Program-made: the position numbers and the translations under genes
The notes under the pieces: model-generated
Told to the model about the DNA's origin: nothing
Seen by the model: only the letters and a program-made list of their open reading frames with translations
Databases searched by the model: none
Shown: piece after piece, positions 38,901 through 46,906 of the stretch
Layout: every line of letters begins with the position of its first letter
Position numbering within the stretch: the stretch's first letter is position 1
NCBI GenBank assembly: GCA_947624235.1
Contig: CANQJK010000003.1
Coordinates: 1-50,566 of the forward strand
Direction of reading: 5' to 3'
Source: an uncultured Clostridia bacterium
GTDB taxonomy: Bacteria > Bacillota > Clostridia > Christensenellales > CAG-314
Length of the DNA: 50,566 nt

Positions 38901-41482
38901 GTCGATTTTTCGTACTGCCATACGTGCTCGGTCACACCCGTTTTGTGTTCGGGGTTGTATTCGCACTCGTACCAGTGGTTTGTTCCGTCGAACGACCACT
39001 CTTCCTTGTACTTGTGGTTTGTTTCGTCTATTTGCGTTTCGATGTCGCCCCAATCGGCAGGCACCTTGACGCCGTCCTTTTCCACAAAGTATTTTTCACA
39101 TTCGGAACATTGATAATATTCCTTGTTGCCCTTATTTGAGCAGGTCGCTTGCACGGCGGGGTGCTTTTCGCCATAGACGTGCTCGGCAAGGGGCAATGTT
39201 TGCGTAAACGTTTGCGAAGGAGCCGTTACACCACCAACAGTGGCGTCCTTTTCGAGACGGTATTCCACCTTGCCTTGTTCCACGCAGGAAGAAGGCGTGC
39301 GGTGTTGCTCGATCAGTTTTACTTCCACTTGTTCGGTGTGTCCGCACACGTTACAACTGAAATGCGCAGTGGCTGTTTTGAAAGTCTTTTCGTCCCAAGT
39401 CCAATTGTCAAACTTGTAGGTGTGCGCCAGTTTGTCCAGCACAAGCTCGTTGGCTTGAACTTCCTTTTTGACGCCGTTTTCGTCAACAAACAACTTGTGG
39501 CAATCGGCGCATTGATAGTGAGCGTCAGTACCCGTAGCCGTGCAGGTGGGTTCCTGCTTGGGAATGAGCGTGCCGTAGGTGTGTCCCTTGGCAGGTTCGT
39601 CCTCGGTGCGCGTGGCTTGGCAACGCGTGCATGTGAAGGTGCGTGTGCCCGTGTCCTCGCATGTGGGCGGAGTGGTTACCTGACCGTTGTTCCAAGTGTG
39701 GTCGAGTTGCGCGTCGTTGACGGTGACGTCTACGTCGTTGCAGTGCAAGCTTGCTTTTAGCGCGATTTGGTAGTTACCGCTGACGCCGTCAAGCACAAGT
39801 TTTCCGCCGTTGAACTGCACCTTGCCGTCGAGCGTGCCGTTTGTCAACGTTACGTTGGCGTTGCCCTCCACCACAAGACGATAACTGCCCATATTGATGC
39901 CGAAACCGCTCATATTCAACGTGACGTCGATGTCGCCGTCAAATGTTACGTCGGCTGTTGCTCCGCGGTCGTCGGTGAGAACTATCGTTGCGGGGGTTGT
40001 GGGATAGTTTTGCTTGATGTAGTTGAGCGCTTCGGCAAGGTTTGCAACTTGGTGGTCGGTGGCGCCTTCCACTTGCACTATTATCTCGCTGACCTCTTTG
40101 CCACACTCGGTGCATTGCTTACTGCCCGCTTGCAGAGCGTGAGGCTCGTGCGTCAAATCTCCCGAGCAGACGGTGCACTTATGCCAGTGATAGTCGCCGT
40201 CGAACTGCCATGCTTGGGCAGGGGTGCACTCTTCCGTTTTGTTGTAGTCGCAACGGGCGCATGTAACAGTGTGATGAACGCCGTCCTTGTCGGACGTGTA
40301 GATGAAACTGTGTCCGAGAGGCGCGGTGTTTTTGGGCTCGATAAGCGTCGCTCCGCAATCGGCGCAACGCCAACCTTCCGTCTTTCCGCCGTGCGTGCAA
40401 TCTGCGGGGATGGGTTCTATTTTTTGACGATTGTTGTGACCTGTGGCGGGCAAAACGACGGGTTTGTCTATTTGCTTTTCGCACTCCATATCCTCAAAAA
40501 GCTTGTTGCAACGCGTGCACTTGTAGTATGTTTCGAAACCGCTGTTTGTGCAGTCGGGCGCTTTGCCCTCTACTTTTTGCGGGGTGTGTCCCAGTGCGTT
40601 GAGAACAAGCGCGTCTTCGTCAACGGGTTGTTTGCCCTCGTCGAAGAACTGCTTGCATTGCGCGCATTGATAGTACGCTATGTGACCTGCCTGCTCGCAG
40701 TTCGGCTCTACCCTTTCAACCAAACGACCGAAACTGTGTGCAAGCTTGGGCAATGTTTGCGTAAAGCTCTCCGTGCAATCGTCGTTTTGGCAGGTAAACG
40801 TCTTGACGCCTTCCTGTTGGCAAGTGGCTTCCGTCGTCACAACGCCGTTGTCGTAGTTGTGAGCAAGTTTAGGCAATTTTTGCGTGTAACTTTCCGAGCA
40901 GCCGTCGTTTTGGCAGGTAAACGTCTTGACGCCGTCATGTTGACAAGTGGCTTCCGTCGTCACAACGCCGTCATCGAAGTTGTGAGCAAGAGGAGCGATT
41001 ACCAGATCGCTGTCCTGCACGATGTAGCCTTCTTCGTTCAACTTGGTACCGCAGTTATCTTTGCACAGCCAGTATTCCTTGGTGCCTTCGCTGTGACAAG
41101 TGGGATCTACTTGCGTCACATGCGTTCCCTTGGCATGCTGACCTGTCGCCTCGATATCCTCGGGGCGCGTTGCTGTTTTACAAACAGTACAGGTGTACGT
41201 TTTGACGCCCTTTTGAGTGCAGGTTGGCTCCGTCGTCACCTTGCCCTCATCCCAGACGTGGTCTTGCGTGATGGGAAGAGTGCGTTCTTCCGTTTGTCCG
41301 CAGACTTTACATCTGTAAACTGCCGTTCCTGTTTCGGCACAGGTGGCGGGTTTGGTTATCTGACCGTTGTCCCACGAGTGCCCTTTTGCGCAGGGATCTT
41401 GGTTTTCGGAACACGCCGTAACCGTAAGGGCGACGACCGAAACAAGCAAGATCGCGAGCAAAATTCGGATAGCTTTTTTCAT
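32918..41482 (-). CDS. Giant (2854 aa) Cys/His-repeat cell-surface lipoprotein
   Basis: AAGGAG RBS and a signal peptide with a VTAC lipobox. Dozens of H-x-W/Y...ATC...CxxC repeats interleaved with beta-rich domains. Confidence 0.9.
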   Translation of the reverse strand: MKKAIRILLAILLVSVVALTVTACSENQDPCAKGHSWDNGQITKPATCAETGTAVYRCKVCGQTEERTLPITQDHVWDEGKVTTEPTCTQKGVKTYTCTVCKTATRPEDIEATGQHAKGTHVTQVDPTCHSEGTKEYWLCKDNCGTKLNEEGYIVQDSDLVIAPLAHNFDDGVVTTEATCQHDGVKTFTCQNDGCSESYTQKLPKLAHNYDNGVVTTEATCQQEGVKTFTCQNDDCTESFTQTLPKLAHSFGRLVERVEPNCEQAGHIAYYQCAQCKQFFDEGKQPVDEDALVLNALGHTPQKVEGKAPDCTNSGFETYYKCTRCNKLFEDMECEKQIDKPVVLPATGHNNRQKIEPIPADCTHGGKTEGWRCADCGATLIEPKNTAPLGHSFIYTSDKDGVHHTVTCARCDYNKTEECTPAQAWQFDGDYHWHKCTVCSGDLTHEPHALQAGSKQCTECGKEVSEIIVQVEGATDHQVANLAEALNYIKQNYPTTPATIVLTDDRGATADVTFDGDIDVTLNMSGFGINMGSYRLVVEGNANVTLTNGTLDGKVQFNGGKLVLDGVSGNYQIALKASLHCNDVDVTVNDAQLDHTWNNGQVTTPPTCEDTGTRTFTCTRCQATRTEDEPAKGHTYGTLIPKQEPTCTATGTDAHYQCADCHKLFVDENGVKKEVQANELVLDKLAHTYKFDNWTWDEKTFKTATAHFSCNVCGHTEQVEVKLIEQHRTPSSCVEQGKVEYRLEKDATVGGVTAPSQTFTQTLPLAEHVYGEKHPAVQATCSNKGNKEYYQCSECEKYFVEKDGVKVPADWGDIETQIDETNHKYKEEWSFDGTNHWYECEYNPEHKTGVTEHVWQYEKSTKDGYHTKTCKDCKFKAVKEEECTPDGGDDKHDATHGLKKGFYADADHHWQVCQFCEEQFGYEKHSFDKDANDGFCTTCGHKFFEVSIVDDKNNTYFAPTIAEAFDLISKHGDISKTYTITLTHDRSSTAEDTIIVPAGYNVTINLANHAVHFEKGTLQVDGSLTVTGGTTFAVGTIVYNKGGALVLPQGDYTFKIKGTTCDQANITVGETKGVEHSYKFVSDDDTQHHEQCTVCGNNKSPVAHTRGEDISYADDWQHTYTCPDCNQTVTEDCTIENNVCTECSQEFAQKDILDAVQKGSFKPKATDTFVFTGFVYKKQTGTNDSGAWYNLWIYIDGDEAYSFEGYGIDLNGKVTYNDIRNGAQVTISGNGDKLKYFSDYGFEFFETNGKNVCKLESYSLPNYAITVNDNSSEVAGSTVTITDEEGGAFERTQEQPVGTEVKFKVTVTGGKLVSVTINGENLVADKNGVYSFNVVEATTITITVGDYGVPSDETVTKTIQEIAERDKWTETTGTKPSPLYTEFDLNSAISVSASQGTYTGTYKKQESSESKPQIWKIYHSDNGEFTITAKDGFVLVSVTIIYKTNNAGYLAHGAEEVESQTPYPVDEEKSITFSAAGGNSKTGTNGQVEIVSISVVYKTDHNHKFTWVPEAQPTCDKPGNIGYNKCDQCDGKFDEEGNRLDDSTVIKPANGHVWKLADECWTWNETTAILHLVCETDEEHVCTIEVEGVAGSRVDATCQRNAYTTYTATIDVEKIKNELPQPELDTLNVTGEQTTTIEIEEASTQLKHDLTGKPVHKDGDERVHVYTCKTCAEGTEKATKEEACTTKETFDSADHWNYCTSCGQEYDRTEHTFDQEDGTKCKCGASRQNVSVTIDGKETFYVSLTEAFAKIAEGTTATVKLLSDSTETTLALPNKGTVTLDLGKKTLAVNGGNVIVSGGTLTVTNGTLNAKVKVTTTSATLALDASVTGYTLKLEGDGVTCETALVNVNGEHIQHNDSIVNEGDAGHHELCAICGRQTETVGHTLKYSNKTATTHDVACSVEGCDYTKTEVGHDWSNWSELDESRHHRTCNDCKYEKIDNHNWSVVPGTDNGEGQHKLTCTQEGCEAEKTENHTLVAKKKADNDRVHHDAECVCGYKTEQVHNFQDESGAYTKEKCDCGEVRVTTQNITLNVSNIGVTGGGYDGGDGDPVTINGVEFDTDKVYENSGGMQAKGSVGYIYNTKPFPGRITKIVIAYKTNSMNLYLSNTSKQISGTGSVNKGTITEWTAKNDENYTFFTLKCGSSYAVVTSITIYYEVCNHTVVKGVETPATCTEDGKIEGTCIRCGQNAEQSTTPKKGHSWEWLPATPATCDDPAYVGQWQCNTCKGHMNGDEAIEPDRETPATSLQKDRIVDTTQNKGEPLGHNLVWEYNTEEHPDRHRQYCDRAGCDHVEVDWTEHNGVPCTDCGYGLKVFTAGSTSTDSLATAFEAVAVNGGTITLNKDYNGEGAELKASATQEILINANDHILTLTTALSIEANGTVKLEGTINAQQGITISGGTIELNGATVTGNIKLSVVSSAVEFTDSGSTITGTVTISTTEENATEYLIVMFEKEQAKYTLKLDGVTCDMLSERVFFGEEPISHSYSEGKCTHCNAPQPATWSLVKSVEDLQDGDRLIFAYAPAGGQLHVMTNFADSKFQSVETSIASGTEELTTLLDSFTILTLGNTGEQYTLQFSDEDYLSYNSGTNFQKLSDATENNAKWTISNSNKYFCNVKDNSRGLLFQEKSNQTTISLKFGPYSKSNLSNTNSNNGTYAVPVIYRLPTGIAIPEPEHVCQHVCSEPDCGKCTDLMCQNPVCKDKCPGHSSTGGGEEPTGEYYEKITSTSQIVSGGKYLIVCESKKDIFDGNATIQDQAVSGITITNNQITNDSKVENSYFIITAVTGGYEIQSQTGYYISRSQSKTGIDWGTKGTVTITFSDGNVKIKGQGGCILQHNNDTTYFRFYSGTQTAIQLYILK
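34028..34050 (-). repeat. Right inverted repeat (putative recombination site), inside the CDS at codons ~2478-2485
   Basis: Minus strand reads CAATAAGTCACTCTTATTCGGAG, with dyad AATAA-GTCACTC-TTATT. Confidence 0.85.
40742..40987 (-). repeat. Two 123-bp (41-aa) intragenic tandem repeats
   Basis: AHNFDDGVVTTEATCQHDGVKTFTCQNDGC... and AHNYDNGVVTTEATCQQEGVKTFTCQNDDC... Confidence 0.8.
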
Positions 41483-41515
41483 TGCGTTTTCTCCTTATAA
41501 AATTTTGTTTTTTGC

Positions 41516-41560
41516 AAAAAAAACACTGTCAAGGGATAAATTTGTCCCTTTGACAGTGTT
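41516..41560 (-). terminator. Leader terminator upstream of the giant gene
   Basis: AACACTGTCAAAGGGACAAA/TTTATCCCTTGACAGTGTT hairpin followed by a T run, ending about 35 bp before the ATG. Confidence 0.75.
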
Positions 41561-41666
41561 ATAATGGCGTATTTTTAGTGCAAAAATCAACCCGCGTTAA
41601 AACCGATGTTTCACGCTCGATACCCAAAATATATTGCTTGTTTCGTTTGAAGAATAACGCGCGCAT
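41559..41666 (-). CDS. Putative 35-aa leader peptide (MRALFFKRNKQYILGIERETSVLTRVDFCTKNTPL)
   Basis: GGAGGT RBS immediately upstream of the ATG. The stop codon overlaps the 5' arm of the terminator. Confidence 0.55.
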   Translation of the reverse strand: MRALFFKRNKQYILGIERETSVLTRVDFCTKNTPL

Positions 41667-41716
41667 GTTACCTCCAAAAATCCTCAAGAAAATATTTTGT
41701 TGCTAATTACTTATAT

Positions 41717-41744
41717 ATTATATCAACCTTTGAAATATTGTCAA
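41717..41744 (-). promoter_or_regulatory. sigma-A promoter for the leader and giant gene
   Basis: TTGACA-16 bp-TATAAT with an extended TG. Confidence 0.65.
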
Positions 41745-41836
41745 TAGTTACAACAATTTTTTCGACAAAAATTTCTGCGACAAGTCCTTTTTGCATAACT
41801 TTGTTTGCGCTAAACATACTATCCGCAGGAGGAATT

Positions 41837-43048
41837 ATGCAAACCAAACAAAATTACAAAGAAGAACGCACCGATCTGATAGTCGGCATACTTGTTATCG
41901 TTGCGGTAATGGCGCTGTTTGTGTTGATGATATCCACAATTGGCAGAAACATGCGAAAATACACCGAAGTGCGCTATTCGGGACAAATCACCTACGACGG
42001 CACCGCTCAACGCGGAAAGCAACAAACTTTTACCTACGCGCCCGCCCGTCCCGTTGCAGATGGGGAACAGGTGATATGGAAGGTAAACGGCGAACAGGTT
42101 TTTGAGGGAGTTTACGCCCAAGACCAACCGATATCCTTCGACTACACTCCCGACCAAAGCGGTAGGTTGGAAATCTGCGCGCAGGCGGGAAACAACATTC
42201 AGACCGCAGTTCTCGATGTGGAGCGTCCGCGCCTTACGCTTACCCTGCCCGACTACACCGTCGTTTACGGAGAACCTCTTCCGCAACTGTCGCCCAACGT
42301 TACGGGCTTTGTGGACGAGGAAGAACAAACAAACTTTTGCTACGACGCCAAGTGCACTATCGGGTGCGACAAACCCGACGTGGGCGTGTACTCTATCCGA
42401 ACGGAAGCCCCTTGCGAATATCTCGACTACGAAACGGAGTGCAGTTTCGGCACCCTCACGGTGCTTCCGCGCGAACTGGCGGTAGTAAACGACTTTGTAA
42501 AGACTTACGATTCCACCAACTATATTCAATCGCCCGACATCCGACTGGAAGGCGTTGTGGATGGGGACGACGTGTATGCGCAGTGCGACAGGCTGTACTT
42601 TGACAACAAAAACGTCGGAATGGGCAAGACCGTGTTGCTGGGGAGCATAGAACTGCTGGGCGAGGACGGCGACAACTACTTTTTGCCCGATTTCGGCACA
42701 GGAACCATTGCTCCGCGCGGAATTGTGCTGGAAGGGCTATCGGTAAAGGACAAGTACTTTGACGGCACCACCAAGGCGCAATTGAACAGCGCAGGCACCC
42801 TCAACGGCGTGTGCGAGGGGGACAGCGTGGCAATTGGCAACATATCGGTGAGCTTTGACGAGGCAGGCGTGGGCAAACACAACGTGATAACGCAAAACAT
42901 CACCCTTATCGGCGCAGACAAAAGCAACTACACCGTTGTGGGAGTAAAAACAAATCAAGCGGAAATTTTGCAAACGGAACAAAACTTTTGGGACAAGTTG
43001 CTCAACAGAGAACCTGTCAGCCCCACCGCGGTAGGCGTCGGCAGATAA
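41837..43048 (+). CDS. Membrane-anchored surface protein with MBG/YDG-type Ig-like repeats
   Basis: AGGAGG RBS and N-terminal TM helix. Motifs VVYGEPLP, KTYDST, KYFDGTT and GADKSNY. Confidence 0.8.
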   Translation: MQTKQNYKEERTDLIVGILVIVAVMALFVLMISTIGRNMRKYTEVRYSGQITYDGTAQRGKQQTFTYAPARPVADGEQVIWKVNGEQVFEGVYAQDQPISFDYTPDQSGRLEICAQAGNNIQTAVLDVERPRLTLTLPDYTVVYGEPLPQLSPNVTGFVDEEEQTNFCYDAKCTIGCDKPDVGVYSIRTEAPCEYLDYETECSFGTLTVLPRELAVVNDFVKTYDSTNYIQSPDIRLEGVVDGDDVYAQCDRLYFDNKNVGMGKTVLLGSIELLGEDGDNYFLPDFGTGTIAPRGIVLEGLSVKDKYFDGTTKAQLNSAGTLNGVCEGDSVAIGNISVSFDEAGVGKHNVITQNITLIGADKSNYTVVGVKTNQAEILQTEQNFWDKLLNREPVSPTAVGVGR

Positions 43049-43234
43049 CGCCGATGATCGACGGGCACGCGCTCGATCGTTGGGCGCGTCCTGCCAAACG
43101 TCATATAACGCTTTGCATTGACAAAAATCCCGACGGACAGACAAAACTTTTGACGGGTAAAATGTATTGCAAAATATCTGTTGGTGTTGTATAATAAATC
43201 TATTGCCGTGTAGGTCACAAAAGGAGTATCTTGT

Positions 43235-44362
43235 ATGTTTAAGACGCGCAGAATTTTGCAATTGATCGTGGGCGCACTGTCGCTTTTGACGGTGTTGGCG
43301 CTGATCTGCCTGTCCGTTGTCATAGGCGTCGTGGCTGTGTTCCCGGAAATTTCCGCTTCTGCCAACGCACGACTTGACGTTTACCGAAACGGTCTGCACC
43401 TCATTGCGGGGTATTTGAACCTCGGACAAAGCTACATCGTACCGCTGTTGATGTATGTGTTGCCGTCGTTGTTGCTTGTGGCAGGCGGAATTATGCTCAT
43501 TTGGAAAAACGGCAAACAACCCATGTACATCACCGCGCTGTCCCTTGTTGCGGCGGGCGAATTGGTGATAGCGATGTTTTCGATACTGTGCGCGGGCGAA
43601 TTGGTGGGAGAAAACGCCACCGCTTTGATCTGCGTGTGCGTCCTTTTGCTTGCCGTTTACGGCGCGTTGATAAGTTGCGCGCTGTGCCTCAAACCCAAAA
43701 AAGTTGGCGAAAACGCCGAAACGGTTGAGGAACAGACGGAGGAAGGCACGACCGCGGAGGCAATGCCCGTACAACAGGACGAAGAGGCGACAGTCGAAAC
43801 GGCGCAAAACGAGGAAAAAGTGGAAGATATCGACGAGGACGAGGACGACGAAGAGGACGACCTTGACGACGAGGATCTTGACGAGAACGGCGAAGATGAA
43901 CTTGACGACGCAGAACTTGACGGTGAGAATATCGACAACGAGGAACCCGTCAGCGAGGAACTCGACAGCGACGTAACGCTCGTTGACGAGCGGGCAACGT
44001 CAAAGGAACAAGAAACGGAAGAAACGGTTGCCAACGTCCCCGTGGCGGATATCGACGTACCGCAAGCGGTCGCCGAAGAACCCGAGCAGGAAGCCGTTGT
44101 CGCCGACGAAAACAGCGAAACGGCGCCCGTTATTGAGCAGACGGAACAGCAACAAAGCCAAACGACGGAAACCGTGAAAACACAGCAGAAACAAAGCACC
44201 TCTTCCGAGCCGTCGCTACGCGAGATGTTGACGGAGATCTACTCCAAACCGCAAAGCAACGGGACCGTTACCAAATTGGACATGATACAAATGCTCTACG
44301 ACAACAAAAAGATAACGCACGACGAATACGTTAAATTGATTGATTGGTTCTTCGGCAAATAA
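43235..44362 (+). CDS. Membrane protein with 4 TM helices, a long acidic tail and a SHOCT-like end
   Basis: AAGGAG RBS, D/E-rich low-complexity region and LYDNKKITHDEY C-terminus. Confidence 0.75.
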   Translation: MFKTRRILQLIVGALSLLTVLALICLSVVIGVVAVFPEISASANARLDVYRNGLHLIAGYLNLGQSYIVPLLMYVLPSLLLVAGGIMLIWKNGKQPMYITALSLVAAGELVIAMFSILCAGELVGENATALICVCVLLLAVYGALISCALCLKPKKVGENAETVEEQTEEGTTAEAMPVQQDEEATVETAQNEEKVEDIDEDEDDEEDDLDDEDLDENGEDELDDAELDGENIDNEEPVSEELDSDVTLVDERATSKEQETEETVANVPVADIDVPQAVAEEPEQEAVVADENSETAPVIEQTEQQQSQTTETVKTQQKQSTSSEPSLREMLTEIYSKPQSNGTVTKLDMIQMLYDNKKITHDEYVKLIDWFFGK

Positions 44363-44492
44363 ACAGCCGATTTGCACAATAGACGTTCGCGCTAACATCT
44401 TTATACAAAATGACGTCAAAAACGACTTGACAACATGATCTCAATGCAAATAGACGTCAAAAAAACGTGAAAAATTGGTCCAACGCAATGGA

Positions 44493-44640
44493 CAACAAAG
44501 GGGCTGTCGCATTGTTCGCATACACGATAAAAAAATGAATAATTATACAAAAAAGCGACTTGAAATCAATATTTTTCAAGCCGTTTTTGATGTCGTTTTG
44601 TAAAAAAAATGTTTAATGCGACAGTCCCTTTTTTGTATAA
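44493..44640. mobile_element. MITE-like ~145-bp element (family A), copy 2
   Basis: GGGGCTGTCGCAT...ATGCGACAGTCCC terminal inverted repeats. Inverted copy of 3434-3581. Confidence 0.65.
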
Positions 44641-44719
44641 ATATTCTTTTTGCCGTTTTGCTTTTGGCGCGACAGCCTGTTTTGATTTTGCGCGAGCACA
44701 ACTTGCAAAATCGAAATTA

Positions 44720-45565
44720 TCACAGCTTGGTTATGTAACAATCGTTGGTCGTTCCTCTGTTTACGGGAAGGAAGCTGTTGCCGTCCAACGTGATCCAAAA
44801 GTTTCCTAAATCGTCACGATAGGCTGTGGCAATTTGGTCGAAATGAAGATTGTTATACGGACCTGTGGTTGCCTGTCCCCAGTATTTGAGGTAACGCGTC
44901 GAGCCGTTTTCCAACACCGTGATGACTTCTTCGCCGTCACCCGAACCGCCACTCGAACCGCCGTCACTGCTTTTGAAGGGCGAGTGTTTGATAAGTTTGT
45001 ACACAACCCAAAGTATCAGGCACACAACGGCAAACGCAAGGAGCACCGCAATGAAGGTGGACAGCCACAACACCACTATCGAAACGATAAATTTTGTTAC
45101 ATAGTGACCGAAAAGGTTGAACCACCTGCCCAAAAGCAATACAAGTGCGTAAATTATCAACGACACCCAAGGCGCCACGACATACAAAATGACGTTAGCG
45201 GTACCGCCCAACATATCACCATTAAGGGAACACAACATTGTGTAAAATATACCAATACCCACAACGCATGCAATGCCGACAACATAAAGCGCTATTCTTG
45301 CGCCCTTTTTTAGGTTGAAATTAGACGCGGCAAAGTACATAAACAATGTCGGGACCATATTCGCAACACCCATTGCAAATACCATTGTGGTAAATTCCAT
45401 ATCCCCACCATTGCCAAACAACGCGGGAATGGGATGTCCGAACACGCCAAACATCAGCAAAAACGACACGACCAGCGTCAAGCCGTAGATCACAGCCAAG
45501 ATAATGGACATGACTAACTCGCCTTTGCTCAGGTAACTATCTTCTGCATAATCTCTTTTACTCAT
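44720..45565 (-). CDS. Hypothetical multi-pass membrane protein with a Gly/Ser linker and C-terminal soluble domain
   Basis: GGAGG RBS, about 6 TM helices and an SSDGGSSGGSG linker. Confidence 0.75.
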   Translation of the reverse strand: MSKRDYAEDSYLSKGELVMSIILAVIYGLTLVVSFLLMFGVFGHPIPALFGNGGDMEFTTMVFAMGVANMVPTLFMYFAASNFNLKKGARIALYVVGIACVVGIGIFYTMLCSLNGDMLGGTANVILYVVAPWVSLIIYALVLLLGRWFNLFGHYVTKFIVSIVVLWLSTFIAVLLAFAVVCLILWVVYKLIKHSPFKSSDGGSSGGSGDGEEVITVLENGSTRYLKYWGQATTGPYNNLHFDQIATAYRDDLGNFWITLDGNSFLPVNRGTTNDCYITKL

Positions 45566-45619
45566 AAGTACCTCCAAATAAAATTTTGTTTACAACAAAC
45601 ACTTGCTGTTTATAAACGT

Positions 45620-45648
45620 ATTATAACAATCAAAAATGTGCGTGTCAA
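45620..45648 (-). promoter_or_regulatory. Consensus sigma-A promoter
   Basis: TTGACA-17 bp-TATAAT with an extended TG. Palindrome CAAGAATTTCTTG at 45657-45669 is a possible operator. Confidence 0.7.
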
Positions 45649-45742
45649 GCAAAAATCAAGAATTTCTTGTTTTCGACTTTATAGCAATAAATAATTTCTT
45701 GTTTTATTTGTTATCGCATACTTTTTTTAGTATAATTCGATT

Positions 45743-46195
45743 ATGATATACAACAAACTAAAAGAGCTTCGAACGGAACGGGGTTGGCGACAAAAAGACG
45801 TTGCGGAAAAGTTGGGTATCAGCGTGCAGGTTTACGGCAATTACGAAAATTGGATAAACCGACCTGATCCCGAAATGCTGTGCAAAATGGCAGACCTGTT
45901 CGGCGTTACCGTAGACTACATCCTCGGACGCGAGGACGAAACGGGCGGAACGGGCGGAACAAGCTGGAACGGAACGGTGCTGGCGTCTAAACAAATCATT
46001 TCAAAACATGGTTGCGACGCCGACAAACACTCACAAGCCGAAAAAGCGTTGAACGAATTGCTCGGCATGCCCGACGACGAAGAACAAGAGGAACCGAACG
46101 GCACAAAAGCACAGCTTATCGCCGTGATAGACGAGCTGAACGAGGAACAGCGTCAACTTTTGTTGGAAGTTGCACGGCAAATGATAAAAAAGTGA
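45743..46195 (+). CDS. XRE-family HTH regulator
   Basis: LKELRTERGWRQKDVAEKLGIS...VTVDYILGR. Confidence 0.88.
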   Translation: MIYNKLKELRTERGWRQKDVAEKLGISVQVYGNYENWINRPDPEMLCKMADLFGVTVDYILGREDETGGTGGTSWNGTVLASKQIISKHGCDADKHSQAEKALNELLGMPDDEEQEEPNGTKAQLIAVIDELNEEQRQLLLEVARQMIKK

Positions 46196-46199
46196 CGTA

Positions 46200-46686
46200 C
46201 AGACAAAAATAAAGCAGTAGATAAATCAAAAATAAACTTTAACGAAAAATAAAATCAACGATATCCTTAAACGGGAAAAATAAACTTTAACAGAAAAATA
46301 GCCTTAAACGGCAAAGAATAAAATAACTTAAACATCAAACAAATCAAGATACATTAAACGGGAAGAAAACAAAAATAAACTTTGGCGGAAAATAGCCCTA
46401 AACTGCTATGAACCCCAAAACTTAAACGAAAGAAAATTAAAGAATACCCTTAAACGGGGACAAATAAACTTAAACAAAAAATAGCCTTGAACGGCAAAAA
46501 ACAAGATAACATAAACATCAAACAAATCAAGATAACATTAAACGGAAAGCAATCAAAAAATCAACTTTAACGGAAAAAGCATTAAACCGAAAGTAATCAA
46601 AAAAACAAACTTTAACAACAGACAAATCAAAAAAAATAAATTTCAAACAAGGCGACTTATACATCAAACAAATCAAAAATAACAAC
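46200..46686. repeat. A-rich degenerate tandem array
   Basis: Recurrent TTAAAC/TTTAAC cores. Block 46265-46361 recurs at 46448-46545. Confidence 0.75.
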
Positions 46687-46906
46687 ATGGGGGCTGTTTC
46701 TATTGGGTATTACCAAACGAAACAGCCCCTTTGTTTTGAAAAATATTGTTCGCTCCTGCGCGAAACGTCGCAATGTGAAAGCAACTAAATGCGCGTTTAC
46801 ATCTATGTTTTCCATTGCCACGACGCTTTTTTGCAGAAGCCTATTATCTGGGTAGCGAGGGCGACAAATTGCGTCGCATGTTGCCCGCGCCGAACAGACG
46901 CGGAGC

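Noticed and set aside
32162-41482. Diversity-generating retroelement acting on the giant gene
   Set aside because: No reverse transcriptase, and no ~100-bp TR/VR pair differing at adenines was seen.
32918-41482. Multiheme cytochrome c
   Set aside because: The CxxC motifs are nearly all followed by G, K, N or similar. I noticed only one CxxCH (CADCH).
46200-46686. CRISPR array
   Set aside because: No constant repeat with unique equal-length spacers, and no cas genes in the window.
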